A program made the translations under genes and the position numbers. DNA of 64,000 nt, from NCBI GenBank assembly GCA_044229975.1, contig JBGARZ010000018.1, forward strand, positions 1 to 64,000, written 5' to 3'. This DNA is from Polyangiales bacterium (GTDB taxonomy: Bacteria; Myxococcota_A; Polyangia; Polyangiales; Ga0077539). Under the pieces are notes generated by a model that worked only from the letters and a program-made list of their open reading frames with translations, was not told where the DNA came from and did not search any database. Below, piece after piece: positions 10,439 through 19,946 of this stretch (position 1 is the first letter of the stretch; every line of letters begins with the position of its first letter).

Positions 10439-11196
10439 GGCGTCGGTTCGCTCCTTCCCGCGTTGACGATGACGATCCACGCCGCGCCGTCGTCGTCGCC
10501 GCCGACGCGACCCGGCGTCGGGTCGTAGCCGAACACCAGCGCGTCGAGGAGCGTCCCCCGATCGGCGAGCGCGCCCGGCAGCATCGTGCGGCGGATCGCG
10601 TCGGTGACTGGCTCCATCGTCGACGCGTCGAGGGCCGCACCCGTCGCGAGGTTCACGCCGCGCACGCGCGGAATCACCACACCGGTGCCGCACCCGTAGG
10701 CGAGCTCTGCCCCGTCGCGCCACTGCGCTGGCACGAGCGTCCGCTCGGGGTTGCCCCACACCACGGGCGCCGCGAACACCGTCACGCCCAGCCGCGCGCT
10801 CACCGCGACGATGCCGCCGAGGTCGCTGGGCGGCGCATAGAACAAGAACGCGTCCGCGGGTGTCGCTGCCTCCACCCGCCGCGGCATCGCGTCGGGGATC
10901 ATCGCCGCCTCCGCGAGCGCCGCCGCCTGCGCGTCCGTCGCGCCCATCGCGGGCCCGCAGAACGCCTGGAACCCCGTCGGCCGCATCGTCGTGGCCGAGA
11001 CCCTCACGACCACCGAACACGCGGGCCGTCCCTCGCCCGGCGCGAGGAGCTGCGAGGCGAGCTGGTACTGGGTCAGCCCGCAGGCCTGCGAGGCGTCGAA
11101 GCCCGCGCGCGCGTCCGACCCGGCGTCCGTCGAGGCCGCGGTCGAGCCGCAGCCGAGCATCGCGAGCGCAACCAGCATGACTACCCGGATGCCCAT
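10435..11196 (-). CDS. Putative lipoprotein
   Basis: LAMLGC lipobox, DAG linker; TACGGT 8 nt upstream of the ATG. Confidence 0.8.
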   Translation of the reverse strand: MGIRVVMLVALAMLGCGSTAASTDAGSDARAGFDASQACGLTQYQLASQLLAPGEGRPACSVVVRVSATTMRPTGFQAFCGPAMGATDAQAAALAEAAMIPDAMPRRVEAATPADAFLFYAPPSDLGGIVAVSARLGVTVFAAPVVWGNPERTLVPAQWRDGAELAYGCGTGVVIPRVRGVNLATGAALDASTMEPVTDAIRRTMLPGALADRGTLLDALVFGYDPTPGRVGGDDDGAAWIVIVNAGRSEPTP

Positions 11197-11204
11197 CGGG
11201 TCTC

Positions 11205-11210
11205 ACCGTA
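11205..11210 (-). promoter_or_regulatory. -10-like hexamer TACGGT, leaderless spacing
   Basis: 8 nt before ATG 11196. Confidence 0.6.
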
Positions 11211-11308
11211 CCAGCGCACCGAGCGCCCCGCGACGGTGCCCGATTCGCGTCAGCGGGGTCGACGCGCCGCGGTTGACGTCGACACGGCATCCGCGGTCGC
11301 ATGGGACG

Positions 11309-11509
11309 ATGATGGACCTTCGCGGCGTTGCGCCCGCCCTCCTCGCGGCGTTCGCGTTCGGCCTCGTGGTGCGACCCGCGGACGCGGGCTCGCGCGCCCC
11401 GTCGTGCTGCAACCGCATGTGGGTCACCCCGGTGGGCGACCTCGTGCCTGCGAACCTCCCGGGCTTCTGGTGGTGGCCCGGCCCGGCCCGGACGCGGGCT
11501 CGTGGGTAG
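11309..11509 (+). pseudogene. N-terminal fragment of a secreted protein
   Basis: Signal peptide (ALLAAFAFGLVVRPADA), then VPANLPGFWWWP and an abrupt end. Confidence 0.5.
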
Positions 11510-11559
11510 GATTCTCCAGCACCTCCCAACACGGGCCTCGATGTAGGGAAGGTGATGCG

Positions 11560-12339
11560 ATGAGAGACCCACGGAGTGTCGCGGAGGCTCTGCGTTTGCG
11601 AGGAGCTCGTCGGGCTCTGGTCGTGGCAACCGTCTGTCAGATGGCTTGCGAACAGCACCCGACGCGGGCCGACGTGCGCGACTCGTTCGACGCAGGTCGC
11701 CGCGAAGCGGGAGCGCTCGACGGGAGCGGGCCATGGAGCGACGTCGCAGGGCCCGACGCCAGACCAACCACCAACCGTTGCCGCGAACTGTACGCGGAGA
11801 GCTTGGTCGTCTTGCCCAACTTGTTTAGGTCTCCCTGGGAAGTAGTCGCGGAGGGATGCCCTCCGCCGCATCTGATCGGTGAGCACTTCGTGGGACGCCC
11901 GCAGATGCAACGTTGTCGCGCCAATGCGAGACGCCTCCGCGAAAGGATACGGAGCACGTTCACCTGGATCGACGAGCCATTCCTTTGTGCGGCTCCCCCT
12001 CATCCCTCGCCCGTGCTTCGGAATCGGCGAGGCGAGTGGGGAGGGTTCCTCCGGCGAGTTCGTGCGGTCACCGCGACTCGTCGGCCAGCGTTGGATCAAT
12101 GCTACTTGTCGTGGTGCGCCGAGGGGGTGCGCGATCCGACGCTGGTGTCCACGTCGATGATCGCCGTCGACGTCGATCGTGCCGGAAGGGCCACCGAGGC
12201 AACCCGCGAATGTCCCCCGGGCGCAGAGTCTTATTGCCAATGCGTGCGCGGCGCCCTCGAGAGCGTCGAGTACCCCAGAGATGCACCGTACTCGTTCGGA
12301 TTCTGGCTGAGCCATCCCCCTTGTTCGGCGTCGCGCTGA
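11560..12339 (+). CDS. Cys-rich secreted protein or lipoprotein
   Basis: Hydrophobic stretch plus Cys, DAG linker, many Cys; visibly lower GC than neighbours. Confidence 0.6.
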   Translation: MRDPRSVAEALRLRGARRALVVATVCQMACEQHPTRADVRDSFDAGRREAGALDGSGPWSDVAGPDARPTTNRCRELYAESLVVLPNLFRSPWEVVAEGCPPPHLIGEHFVGRPQMQRCRANARRLRERIRSTFTWIDEPFLCAAPPHPSPVLRNRRGEWGGFLRRVRAVTATRRPALDQCYLSWCAEGVRDPTLVSTSMIAVDVDRAGRATEATRECPPGAESYCQCVRGALESVEYPRDAPYSFGFWLSHPPCSASR

Positions 12340-12470
12340 CGCGGTGACGGGTCGGGAGACTCCGGGGCAACGTGGAAACGCCACTGCACCCCGGCGATGC
12401 GGTCGGTGCGAGCGGGCGACTCGACGGCGGCGACGCGTCGTGATTCACCCCGGAGGGGAACATGAGCCGG

Positions 12471-12585
12471 CGATCCAACGGAGCACCCTCGGTGGGAAGG
12501 ATCGGCCGGAGTGGACCAAGCGCCCCTTTACGCACAGCTCCCCGACGCGGAGCAGCTCGCGCGAGCTCCCGCGACGCCGCCTTGG
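12471..12585 (+). repeat. Dispersed junction repeat copy B
   Basis: cgatccaacggagcaccctcggtgggaaggatc...gagctcccgcgacgccgccttgg; closest match to copy C. Confidence 0.9.
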
Positions 12586-12740
12586 ATGATCGACGCCGCG
12601 AGCGCGCTGTGCTCGAGGGTTCCGCCCGCCATCGCGTAGACGACCCCGTCGAGCCATTCGTGCTTCGCATCCCCCGCCGCTTCGAGCCGAAGGTACTCCG
12701 CGTACGACACTCGGTGGTGAACCGCCGCCGCGCTGCGCAT
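12585..12740 (-). pseudogene. Uma2-family endonuclease N-terminal fragment
   Basis: SYAEYLRLEAAGDAKHEWLDGVVYAMAGGTLEHSALAASII, cut at the end of repeat B. Confidence 0.9.
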
Positions 12741-12823
12741 GAACCGACGATGCACCCCAACCGCTCGCCTGGCTACGCTCCTCCGTTCGAGCGCGTCCGC
12801 GCGGGCCGCGATCGAGGAGGCCC

Positions 12824-14149
12824 CTACCAGTCCATCCGCGCGAGGGTGCCGGTCGGGTTGCGACCCAACGATCCCCAGCACCAGACACTGCGGTCGAAGC
12901 GAATGACGCACACGTTGTTGAAGCCCCCGAACAACCGCTCGGCCCCGTCGAGACCCACGACCTGCGCCGGGCGCGTCGCGCACGGATCGGAGCTCGCATC
13001 GCCCGTCGAGCAGGTGTCGGGTGGGGGGAAGCCGAGCATGCCGTAGGTGCCGCGCCCCCAGCACTGCACCGTGTGATCGGCCATGAGCGCGCACGTGTTG
13101 GAGAACGTTCCGACGACCGATCGCACGCCGCACAGGCCCGGATCGATCGGGGGGGAAAATCCCCCGGTCCGGCCGGACCCGAGCTGGCCGTGGATGTCGA
13201 ACCCGAAGCAGCGGGCGCTGGAGTCCGGCAGCCGGTAGCAGAGGTGCGAACTCCAGCCTGCGTGGTCGCGCGTGATCTCCGCCTCCGCGGGGATCGCGTC
13301 GGCGTAGCGCGCCACGAAGTCCGTGCCCAGCGACCGGTAGGCCCCCGACCGGAGCCGCGCGACCCAGCCCCCGCTCAGGGGCCAGAGCATCGCGACGTCC
13401 GAGATGCCGGGGACGGGCGAAGGAACCGACCGGTCCTCCGCAACGGTGAGGTGGTTGTAGTCCCCCCAGCACCAGACCGTGCCGTCACGCTTGACGGCGC
13501 ACACGCCTCCCAGGTCGCTCATCGCCAGGTGGACGACGTCCGCGACCCCGGCGACGAGCGCCGGGCGCGTCCGGCATGGCCCCACCGACGGACAGTCCTC
13601 GTCGCCTTCGTGCCCCGTGCCAAGCGAGCCGTGGGCGTTGGAGCCCCAGCAGCGCACGGTCCCGTCCCGATGGCGGGAGCACGTGGCGCTGCCGATGTTC
13701 GTGAGCACCTGCTCGACGCTCTCCAGCCCCGGAACCACCACCGGGCGCTCTCTGCTCACGCCGACCGTCCCGTCGCCGAGCTGGCCGTACTCGCTGAGCG
13801 CGATGCAGCGCACCGTCCCGTCGCTCATGCGCGCGCAGTCGACGGTGCCGCGCCCGACCGCCAACTCGACGACGTAGGGCGCGTCCGAAGCCGGAGCGTC
13901 CGCGACGGTGGCGTCGACCTCGACGATGGGCCTGCATACCCGGGCCCCGGCCTCGACGTCCGCCGGGGCGTCGGGCCTGCCAGCGCCCAGGGTCGCTACG
14001 TCGACGGCGACGTCGACGACCGCCTCCTCGATCATCACCGCGTCGTGGGCGTCGACCTCCACCCGTCCATCGGTCGCCGTCACTGAGGATGCGCAACCCG
14101 CGATCAAGGACGGCACAGCGACCCACATCAATGCCCGCACGCGCACCAT
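12824..14149 (-). CDS. RCC1/BLIP-II repeat lipoprotein
   Basis: LIAGC lipobox; repeated DGTVxCWG and GQLG motifs. Confidence 0.9.
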   Translation of the reverse strand: MVRVRALMWVAVPSLIAGCASSVTATDGRVEVDAHDAVMIEEAVVDVAVDVATLGAGRPDAPADVEAGARVCRPIVEVDATVADAPASDAPYVVELAVGRGTVDCARMSDGTVRCIALSEYGQLGDGTVGVSRERPVVVPGLESVEQVLTNIGSATCSRHRDGTVRCWGSNAHGSLGTGHEGDEDCPSVGPCRTRPALVAGVADVVHLAMSDLGGVCAVKRDGTVWCWGDYNHLTVAEDRSVPSPVPGISDVAMLWPLSGGWVARLRSGAYRSLGTDFVARYADAIPAEAEITRDHAGWSSHLCYRLPDSSARCFGFDIHGQLGSGRTGGFSPPIDPGLCGVRSVVGTFSNTCALMADHTVQCWGRGTYGMLGFPPPDTCSTGDASSDPCATRPAQVVGLDGAERLFGGFNNVCVIRFDRSVWCWGSLGRNPTGTLARMDW

Positions 14150-14201
14150 CAATCACCGAAGCCGACGCGGCGTCGAGGGCGGCCAGAGTTTTCTGCCGAT
14201 A

Positions 14202-14326
14202 GGCGATCCGTCGGAGCACCCTCGGTGGGAAGGATCTGCCGGAGTTGACCAAACGCCCCTCTACGCCTGGCCCCCATCATCCCCGCCCTGCGGCAGCTCT
14301 CGCGAGCTCCCGCGACGCCGCCTTGG
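14202..14326 (+). repeat. Dispersed junction repeat copy C
   Basis: ggcgatccgtcggagcaccctcggtgggaaggatc...gagctcccgcgacgccgccttgg. Confidence 0.9.
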
Positions 14327-14416
14327 CGAAGATCGGCCCAAGCCCGGACGGGGGCACCCGATCCGATGGCAGCGGTCGCCGCTCGAACTCCCGATCGCCC
14401 CGCCGGCACGCGCAGC

Positions 14417-17167
14417 ATGAAACCCAATGCATTGCTCCCATGGATGGCGGTGGCGTGTTCGTCGCGCGCGGTCCGGCCCGACCCTCCGGCGGCGCCCGCC
14501 ACCCGCGCGCCGGTCGCCCTGGCGCCCGCGGTACGGGCAGCCGCGGGCGTCGCTCCGTCGCGGATCCTGTTGAGGCCGCGGATCACCCACGCGTTGGAGC
14601 TGATGCCGCGCGACGGGGAGGTCCGCCGTCTCATCCTGTCGGGGCGACCGGCCGAACTGCGCGGCCGCGCGGTGCGCCTCGGGCGCGGGCGCTTCCTGCG
14701 CGACGTGGTCTTCGCGGCCCCCACCGAGGGCGGGCGCTGGCGCTTCGTTACGCAGGACGGGGTCTGGGACGCGGACGGCTTCCTGGGGCTTCCCCGGCGG
14801 GCGTCGGCGATGCAGGGCGCCGGGCGGGGCGTCGGGCGCGTCTGCGCGGCGCGGGCGGGCGGCGTCGAGGGCGTGCCCCCGCCCGACGCGGGCGCCGTCA
14901 TCGACGTCGCGTTCTCCGACGACGCGCTCGGCCTCGCGGTGACCGAGCCGGGCCTCGCGTGGGTCACCCGCGACGGCGGCGCACGCTGGTCGCGCCTCGC
15001 GATCGACGGCGCCGCGCTGTCGGTCGCCGCGGACCGCGACCGCCGCTGGCTCCGCACGAGCGCGGGCGCAGTGGCGGTCGACGCGGGTGGCCACGACGCA
15101 ACGACGGACCCGGCGCGCCTTCCGCGGCTCGAAGCGCTCGACGAGAACGATAACCTCGCGCGGACCGCCGCGCGCGACTGCGAGCTCGCGCCCCTCGACC
15201 CCGTCGAGGTCGCCTCGGTCGACGGCTCGCTCGTCGTGGCGCAGCGGGAGGAGCAGTGGGGCCTCTACGACCTCCGCGACGAGTCGTGGACGCCGCTCCC
15301 GACGCTCCCCGAGGGCTGCGGCTCCGACGCCGGGTGGCTCTTCGCGGGGCGCCTCCACGCGCGGTGCGGGCCCGAGCTATACGCGCTCGGCGACGACGGC
15401 CGCTGGTCACTGCGGCTGCGCGTGACCTCGTGCGGACCGGCCGTCTGCGTGGGCTCGGCCGACGGCGAGCGCGTGGCCTGCGAGGGGCGCTGCGCCGGCA
15501 ACGACGTCTGCGGCGCCGACCCGGTGTGGTGCGAGTCGGCGACGGGAGCACCTCCCGCGGAATGGCACGCGCCGTCGTCGGGGCCGTGGCGGCCGGTGGG
15601 TTACGTCGGTGGGCGCCTGTTCGCGGTCGAGCAGAACTTCGACCTCGGCGGCCTGCGCATGACCCTCGGCGACGAAGCCCCGCGGCCGCTCGTCGTCGCG
15701 GCCCCCGCGGACGCGCGGCGCGTCGACCGCTACTCCATCGGCGTGGGGCGCGACGGCCAGGTGCGGATGTTCGCGTGGGGGGACCTTCCGGCCAACGCCG
15801 GCGTCCTCGAAGGGCCGCCGGGCGGGCGCTTCGCGTGGCGCGCCCTCGCGCCGGGAGACACCCTCCCCGAGGGTCGACCGAACGGACGGCTGCAGCTCCA
15901 TGCCGACCACTTCACGGTCACGCTGACGCGGGACGACGGCACGCTGCTGGTCTCGCGCGGGAGCGCCGGCGCGTGGACGACGCTGACCGCCGCGCCGGAC
16001 GACCCGCTCGCGGCCGACGTCCTCGCGCACTCGGTCGGCGCGCCCACCGACCGGGTCTGGTTGAGTCTTTTTACCGGGGCCGCCGATCGATCGGCCGGCG
16101 CCCTGGTGCTCGACACGACCCATCCGCTGCGGAGCTCGGCGACCGACAGCCTGGGCCTCCCAGAGGCGCCGAGCGTGCCGACGCCCGCGATCGCGTGGGA
16201 CTGCGAGAGGCCCTCCACCGAGGAGCGGACGGACCCCTGGGCGGCGCTGCGAACGCTGCCCCCGATCGGCGCCGTGGGCGTGCAGGAGGGTGAGCGCGTC
16301 CGCCTGTACGACCCGGCGGTGGCGACGCCGGGTTCGTTCCTCGGCGTGGGTTTCGCGACGAGGGCGGAACTCGCGACCCGCGCCCTCCCCGCGCACAGCA
16401 CCGACGCGCTCGCCCGTGGTGAGTGGGCCCTCGCGACCCTCGACGCGCGGCGCGCCACCCTGCTCCGGGTCGAGGCGCTCTCCGGCGACCCGCGCTTCGA
16501 GACGTGGGCGATCGGCGCACCCTCTTCTTCCGGGCCGACCGCGGCGGTCCGCGTGCCGGGGCCCTTCAGCCATGCTCACGTCGTCGCCACGGCGCGGGAT
16601 GGCGCGCGCTCGGCGACGCTGGTCGCGACGAGCGCGCCCTGGGGCGTGGCGTGGTGGCTCGCGGAGGTGCGCCGCGACGGGTCGATGTCCGTGGCCCCGG
16701 TCGCGCTCGCGTCGCGCGAATTCGCAGGCCCCTTCCTGCTCGACGGCGTCGCGGGCCTCGCGCGCATCACTCCCGACGGGCGCGCGGTCGGCGGCCCCGT
16801 GGGCGCGTCGCCCCGGGTGCTCGCGGAGCGGGTGCGCGCCGCCCGCTGCTCCGCGTCGGCGCGGGGCGAGCTGCGCGTCCCGATCACCCACTCGTACGCC
16901 GTCCACGGGGCGCAGCTCTGGATCAGCGCCGTCGCCCACTACGCCTTCGACGGCGCGTCGCTCTGCCTCCGCTCGATCGGCGCGTTGTCGTCGAGCAGCT
17001 TCCTGCCCGCGCCGCCGGGCGCCCGCGCGCAGACCGACGACGACGACTTCGGGTCGTCGCGCTCGCCGCCGAGCTTCGCGCTCGCGCCGGAGGGCGCGGG
17101 GTGGGTCGAGCGGAGCGTCTACCGCGGCGGGTTCGCTCGCACGCGGTGCGTGCCGCGGGCGCGGTAG
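14417..17167 (+). CDS. Large (about 916 aa) lipoprotein, family L, with Asp-box-like motif
   Basis: MAVAC lipobox; DVAFSDD..G..VTEPG..WVTRDGGARW; C-terminal YAFDGASLCLR shared with paralogues. Confidence 0.85.
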   Translation: MKPNALLPWMAVACSSRAVRPDPPAAPATRAPVALAPAVRAAAGVAPSRILLRPRITHALELMPRDGEVRRLILSGRPAELRGRAVRLGRGRFLRDVVFAAPTEGGRWRFVTQDGVWDADGFLGLPRRASAMQGAGRGVGRVCAARAGGVEGVPPPDAGAVIDVAFSDDALGLAVTEPGLAWVTRDGGARWSRLAIDGAALSVAADRDRRWLRTSAGAVAVDAGGHDATTDPARLPRLEALDENDNLARTAARDCELAPLDPVEVASVDGSLVVAQREEQWGLYDLRDESWTPLPTLPEGCGSDAGWLFAGRLHARCGPELYALGDDGRWSLRLRVTSCGPAVCVGSADGERVACEGRCAGNDVCGADPVWCESATGAPPAEWHAPSSGPWRPVGYVGGRLFAVEQNFDLGGLRMTLGDEAPRPLVVAAPADARRVDRYSIGVGRDGQVRMFAWGDLPANAGVLEGPPGGRFAWRALAPGDTLPEGRPNGRLQLHADHFTVTLTRDDGTLLVSRGSAGAWTTLTAAPDDPLAADVLAHSVGAPTDRVWLSLFTGAADRSAGALVLDTTHPLRSSATDSLGLPEAPSVPTPAIAWDCERPSTEERTDPWAALRTLPPIGAVGVQEGERVRLYDPAVATPGSFLGVGFATRAELATRALPAHSTDALARGEWALATLDARRATLLRVEALSGDPRFETWAIGAPSSSGPTAAVRVPGPFSHAHVVATARDGARSATLVATSAPWGVAWWLAEVRRDGSMSVAPVALASREFAGPFLLDGVAGLARITPDGRAVGGPVGASPRVLAERVRAARCSASARGELRVPITHSYAVHGAQLWISAVAHYAFDGASLCLRSIGALSSSSFLPAPPGARAQTDDDDFGSSRSPPSFALAPEGAGWVERSVYRGGFARTRCVPRAR

Positions 17168-17280
17168 GCGTGGCGGGCGTCGGGCCCGCGTTGCGGGCGA
17201 TCAACGTCGACGTAGATGAGAAGATGGGCGTGCGCCCGGGAGATCCGGCACCGCGCCAACGGGCACGCGCGACCCCGAGG

Positions 17281-17395
17281 GTGGACCCACCGGGCGCCCT
17301 CGCCAGCGCCAACCCACCTGCGTTGAGCGAAGGCTCCTTGCGCGCACTTCCCCGCCCCGCGGCAGCCCCCGCGAGTTCCCGCGACGCCGCCCTGG
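17281..17395 (+). repeat. Dispersed junction repeat copy D
   Basis: gtggacccacc...ccttgcgcgcacttcccc...gagttcccgcgacgccgccctgg. Confidence 0.85.
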
Positions 17396-17610
17396 CGTTC
17401 GCCGGTGGGCCAAAGTACCGAGGTGAGGATCTGCGGGCCGAAGGCCTCGATGCGGTCGCGCCACTCCTGCTGCATGCGCACCTCGAAGCAGTGGTCGTAC
17501 TGGACCTGGTCGCGCCAGTCGCCCGGCTCCTGCGTACAGATGTAGAGCGTCATTCGATCGCGGTGGCGGTGGCGTGCGTGGAGTCCACGCCGGGTCGGCG
17601 ATGGTGTCAC
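17396..17610 (-). pseudogene. Fragment of an unidentified gene, cut at repeat D
   Basis: Protein-like LYICTQEPGDWRDQVQYDHCFEVRMQQEWRDRIEAFGPQILTSVLWP runs into the repeat. Confidence 0.45.
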
Positions 17611-17641
17611 GGGCGGCGGTCGGGACGCGAGCGGGTGGCGG

Positions 17642-18190
17642 TCACCCCCCCGTCGTGAGGCTCACTCGGAAGACGCTCTCGCCCCGGCGCCCCGGGCCGA
17701 CCGACGGGACGCGGGCGAGTCCCGCGCGGAGGCACTGGTCGAAGCGCGGGTCGGGGCTGCCGGTGAGGCCCGCGATGGTGACGCCGCCGCGCGAATCGAC
17801 GGCGAGCGTGATCTGCACCGACGCGTCGCGCACGGCGGGATTCAGCCGAAGTACGTTCTGCCAGCAGGTATTCACGAGGCGGGCGTTCGCGAAATCGCGG
17901 ATGGCTCGCGCGAGCCGCGCGCGCTCCTGTTCCTGCTCGCGGAAGCAGGGCGAGGTCGGCGGCCATTGGAACCGCCAGAACGGGTCCTCCGAGCCGGGCT
18001 CCGCGCGGGCGTAAGCATCGCGAGCCCAGCGATCGGTGAGCGCGGGTTCGGGGAGCGGCCGCCCGCAACGTCGGAGGGTCGCGGCGTCGGGGCGCGGCTC
18101 GTCGGGCCGGTGATGACGGCGCCGGGGTTGCGCGTCGGCGGCGCCGCCCAACAACGCCAACGCCGCTGCGAGCGTCACCATGGGTCGCAC
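17642..18190 (-). CDS. Secreted AgmX/PglI C-terminal (TonB-C-like) domain protein
   Basis: Signal peptide; CWQNVLRLNP..VQITLAVDSRGGV..FDQCL; paralogue of 52247..52774. Confidence 0.75.
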   Translation of the reverse strand: MRPMVTLAAALALLGGAADAQPRRRHHRPDEPRPDAATLRRCGRPLPEPALTDRWARDAYARAEPGSEDPFWRFQWPPTSPCFREQEQERARLARAIRDFANARLVNTCWQNVLRLNPAVRDASVQITLAVDSRGGVTIAGLTGSPDPRFDQCLRAGLARVPSVGPGRRGESVFRVSLTTGG

Positions 18191-18196
18191 GCCGCG

Positions 18197-18202
18197 AGCC
18201 TA
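18197..18202 (-). promoter_or_regulatory. -10-like hexamer TAGGCT
   Basis: 6 nt before GTG 18190. Confidence 0.6.
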
Positions 18203-18343
18203 CACCATCCGTCGGTCGGCTCGCTTCGTCCTCCAAAGCGGGACGCACCTTCGCCACGCAGCGGGCCGTCGGCGCGAGCGACCAGGTGCCTCCCGGTCAG
18301 CGAGCTCGCGCCCGAGTGCTCGACGTCAACTACATCTCCCCCC

Positions 18344-19486
18344 TCACTCGCGCGGAACGCCGCCTGGGATGTCGTCCGTCCGAACGTCGTAGGGCGTGAC
18401 CCAGAGCCTCGCGGTCGCACTCGTCACCAAGGCGCAGTCGAAGGTGGTGCGCGCGCCCGGCCGCACCGCGAAGATCACCGACGCTGCGCGCCGGGCGCCA
18501 TCGGGCGTCGTCACGTCGAGCGTGCGCGTCGTGAGTCCGACCGGGGCTTCCCACTCGACGTGGCCCCCCGGCAGCAGCGTCATCCCGTCGAGCGCGCAGC
18601 GGGTCGCGCCGGAGGTGAGGGCGATCGTCCCGGTGATCGGCGGGAGCGCCCCGCGGAAGGTCGCCACGCGCACGAACAGCCCCAACGAGGCGAGGACCAA
18701 CAGCGCCGAGGGCGCGAGCCTCAGCCCCAGCGAGGGCGACCGATCGGCGTGCGCTCCCTCGGCGAGGGCGCGGTTGGCCCGCGCGACGAGGCGGTCGAAG
18801 GTCGGGCGCTGGCGGGCGTTGTGGGCGACGAGCAGCGGGGGCGACGCGCCGTCCTCGCTGGCGACCCGCAGCACCGGCAGGTACGGCGCGGCGGGTTCGT
18901 CGGTGAGTCGGAGGCGCGGCTGCCCGCCGACGGGCGACTCGCGGTCAACGGCGGGGCCGCCGAGGCCCACCGAGCGGGCACGGGCGACGCGCCCGGCGGG
19001 GTCGATCGTGAGCGCGACGACGCGCGTGCGGCGCTCGGCGAAGAGCAGGGCCGCGACGCCCGCCAGCGGCGCCAGCCGGGACAGCGCGCAGGCCAGCGAA
19101 CTGCGACCGCCCGGGCGATGAAGGACGGCGAAGTAGTTCGCCGTGCCGTCGCGGAAGAACGCGCGGGCGGTGTCGGCGAGGCGGTCGTCGTCGCGCCACA
19201 TGTCCGCCGCCCCGTCGTAGTAGACGCCGCGCGGCGGGAGCGCGGCGGCGGGCCCGTCGACCGCGCGCTCGTCAGAGGAGTAGGCGCGATGGGTGGTGAG
19301 CTTGCAGTCCGCGCCCGCGGGGACGCGGATGCACTCGAACTCCGTCGCCTGCGTCACCCCGGCGCCGGCGAGCCCCACGAGCAACAGGGCCGCCGCCGCG
19401 CCCCGCCCGACGCCAAGCGGCGCGGTGACCTCGTGCAGTGCGACTAGCGGACCAGTCTGTGGTGCTTCGCGATACGGGGCATCCAT
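18344..19486 (-). CDS. Multi-pass membrane protein
   Basis: Start MDAPYRE at 19486; three hydrophobic segments; the supplied ORF extends upstream into integrase relic sequence. Confidence 0.7.
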   Translation of the reverse strand: MDAPYREAPQTGPLVALHEVTAPLGVGRGAAAALLLVGLAGAGVTQATEFECIRVPAGADCKLTTHRAYSSDERAVDGPAAALPPRGVYYDGAADMWRDDDRLADTARAFFRDGTANYFAVLHRPGGRSSLACALSRLAPLAGVAALLFAERRTRVVALTIDPAGRVARARSVGLGGPAVDRESPVGGQPRLRLTDEPAAPYLPVLRVASEDGASPPLLVAHNARQRPTFDRLVARANRALAEGAHADRSPSLGLRLAPSALLVLASLGLFVRVATFRGALPPITGTIALTSGATRCALDGMTLLPGGHVEWEAPVGLTTRTLDVTTPDGARRAASVIFAVRPGARTTFDCALVTSATARLWVTPYDVRTDDIPGGVPRE

Positions 19487-19509
19487 CGGGCGCGGTAGCC
19501 GCACAGGAT

Positions 19510-19680
19510 GCGGCAGGTCGCGCGATTGCACCAAGATCTTCCGATCACGACGCCCCGTGGTCGCGGCCGTGGTCGCCAGCCCTGGGTGCAGCGAGTGGCC
19601 CGAGACGAGGGTCGTATCGATCCCGGCGCAAGCCGCGAGCTCCTTGAGTGCTGAGCGCAACATTGCGACCATCGAGCCGG
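19510..19680 (-). pseudogene. Tyrosine recombinase/integrase C-terminal fragment
   Basis: LKELAACAGIDTTLVSGHSLHPGLATTAATTGRRDRKILVQ matches the SGHSLRxGxAT box; Arg changed to His; catalytic Tyr region absent. Confidence 0.8.
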
Positions 19681-19946
19681 CTTCCTACCTGGCTGTGACG
19701 GTCCACGGCCCGCGAGAGCCGTACTGCGCGTACTGCTTGAGGCGGCGCGCCATGCGTCGGTTCGGGGAGCCCCGCGTCGAAGTGGGTCGCATGGATGGCC
19801 GCGCCCCGAACCCAGCGCGGCGACCGCTACGAGTTTGCCTCGCGCCGTCGCGGCCCGTTCGGCGCCCTCAGCTCGCTCGCGCGGTACGGCATCGCAACCG
19901 ATGCTACATCCGCCCTCCGACGAACCGACGCTCCCGCCCGCGGCGC

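Noticed and set aside
19714..19770. gagagccgtac...cggttcgggg resembling group II intron domain V
   Set aside because: The stem does not pair with the correct length; no domain VI or RT nearby
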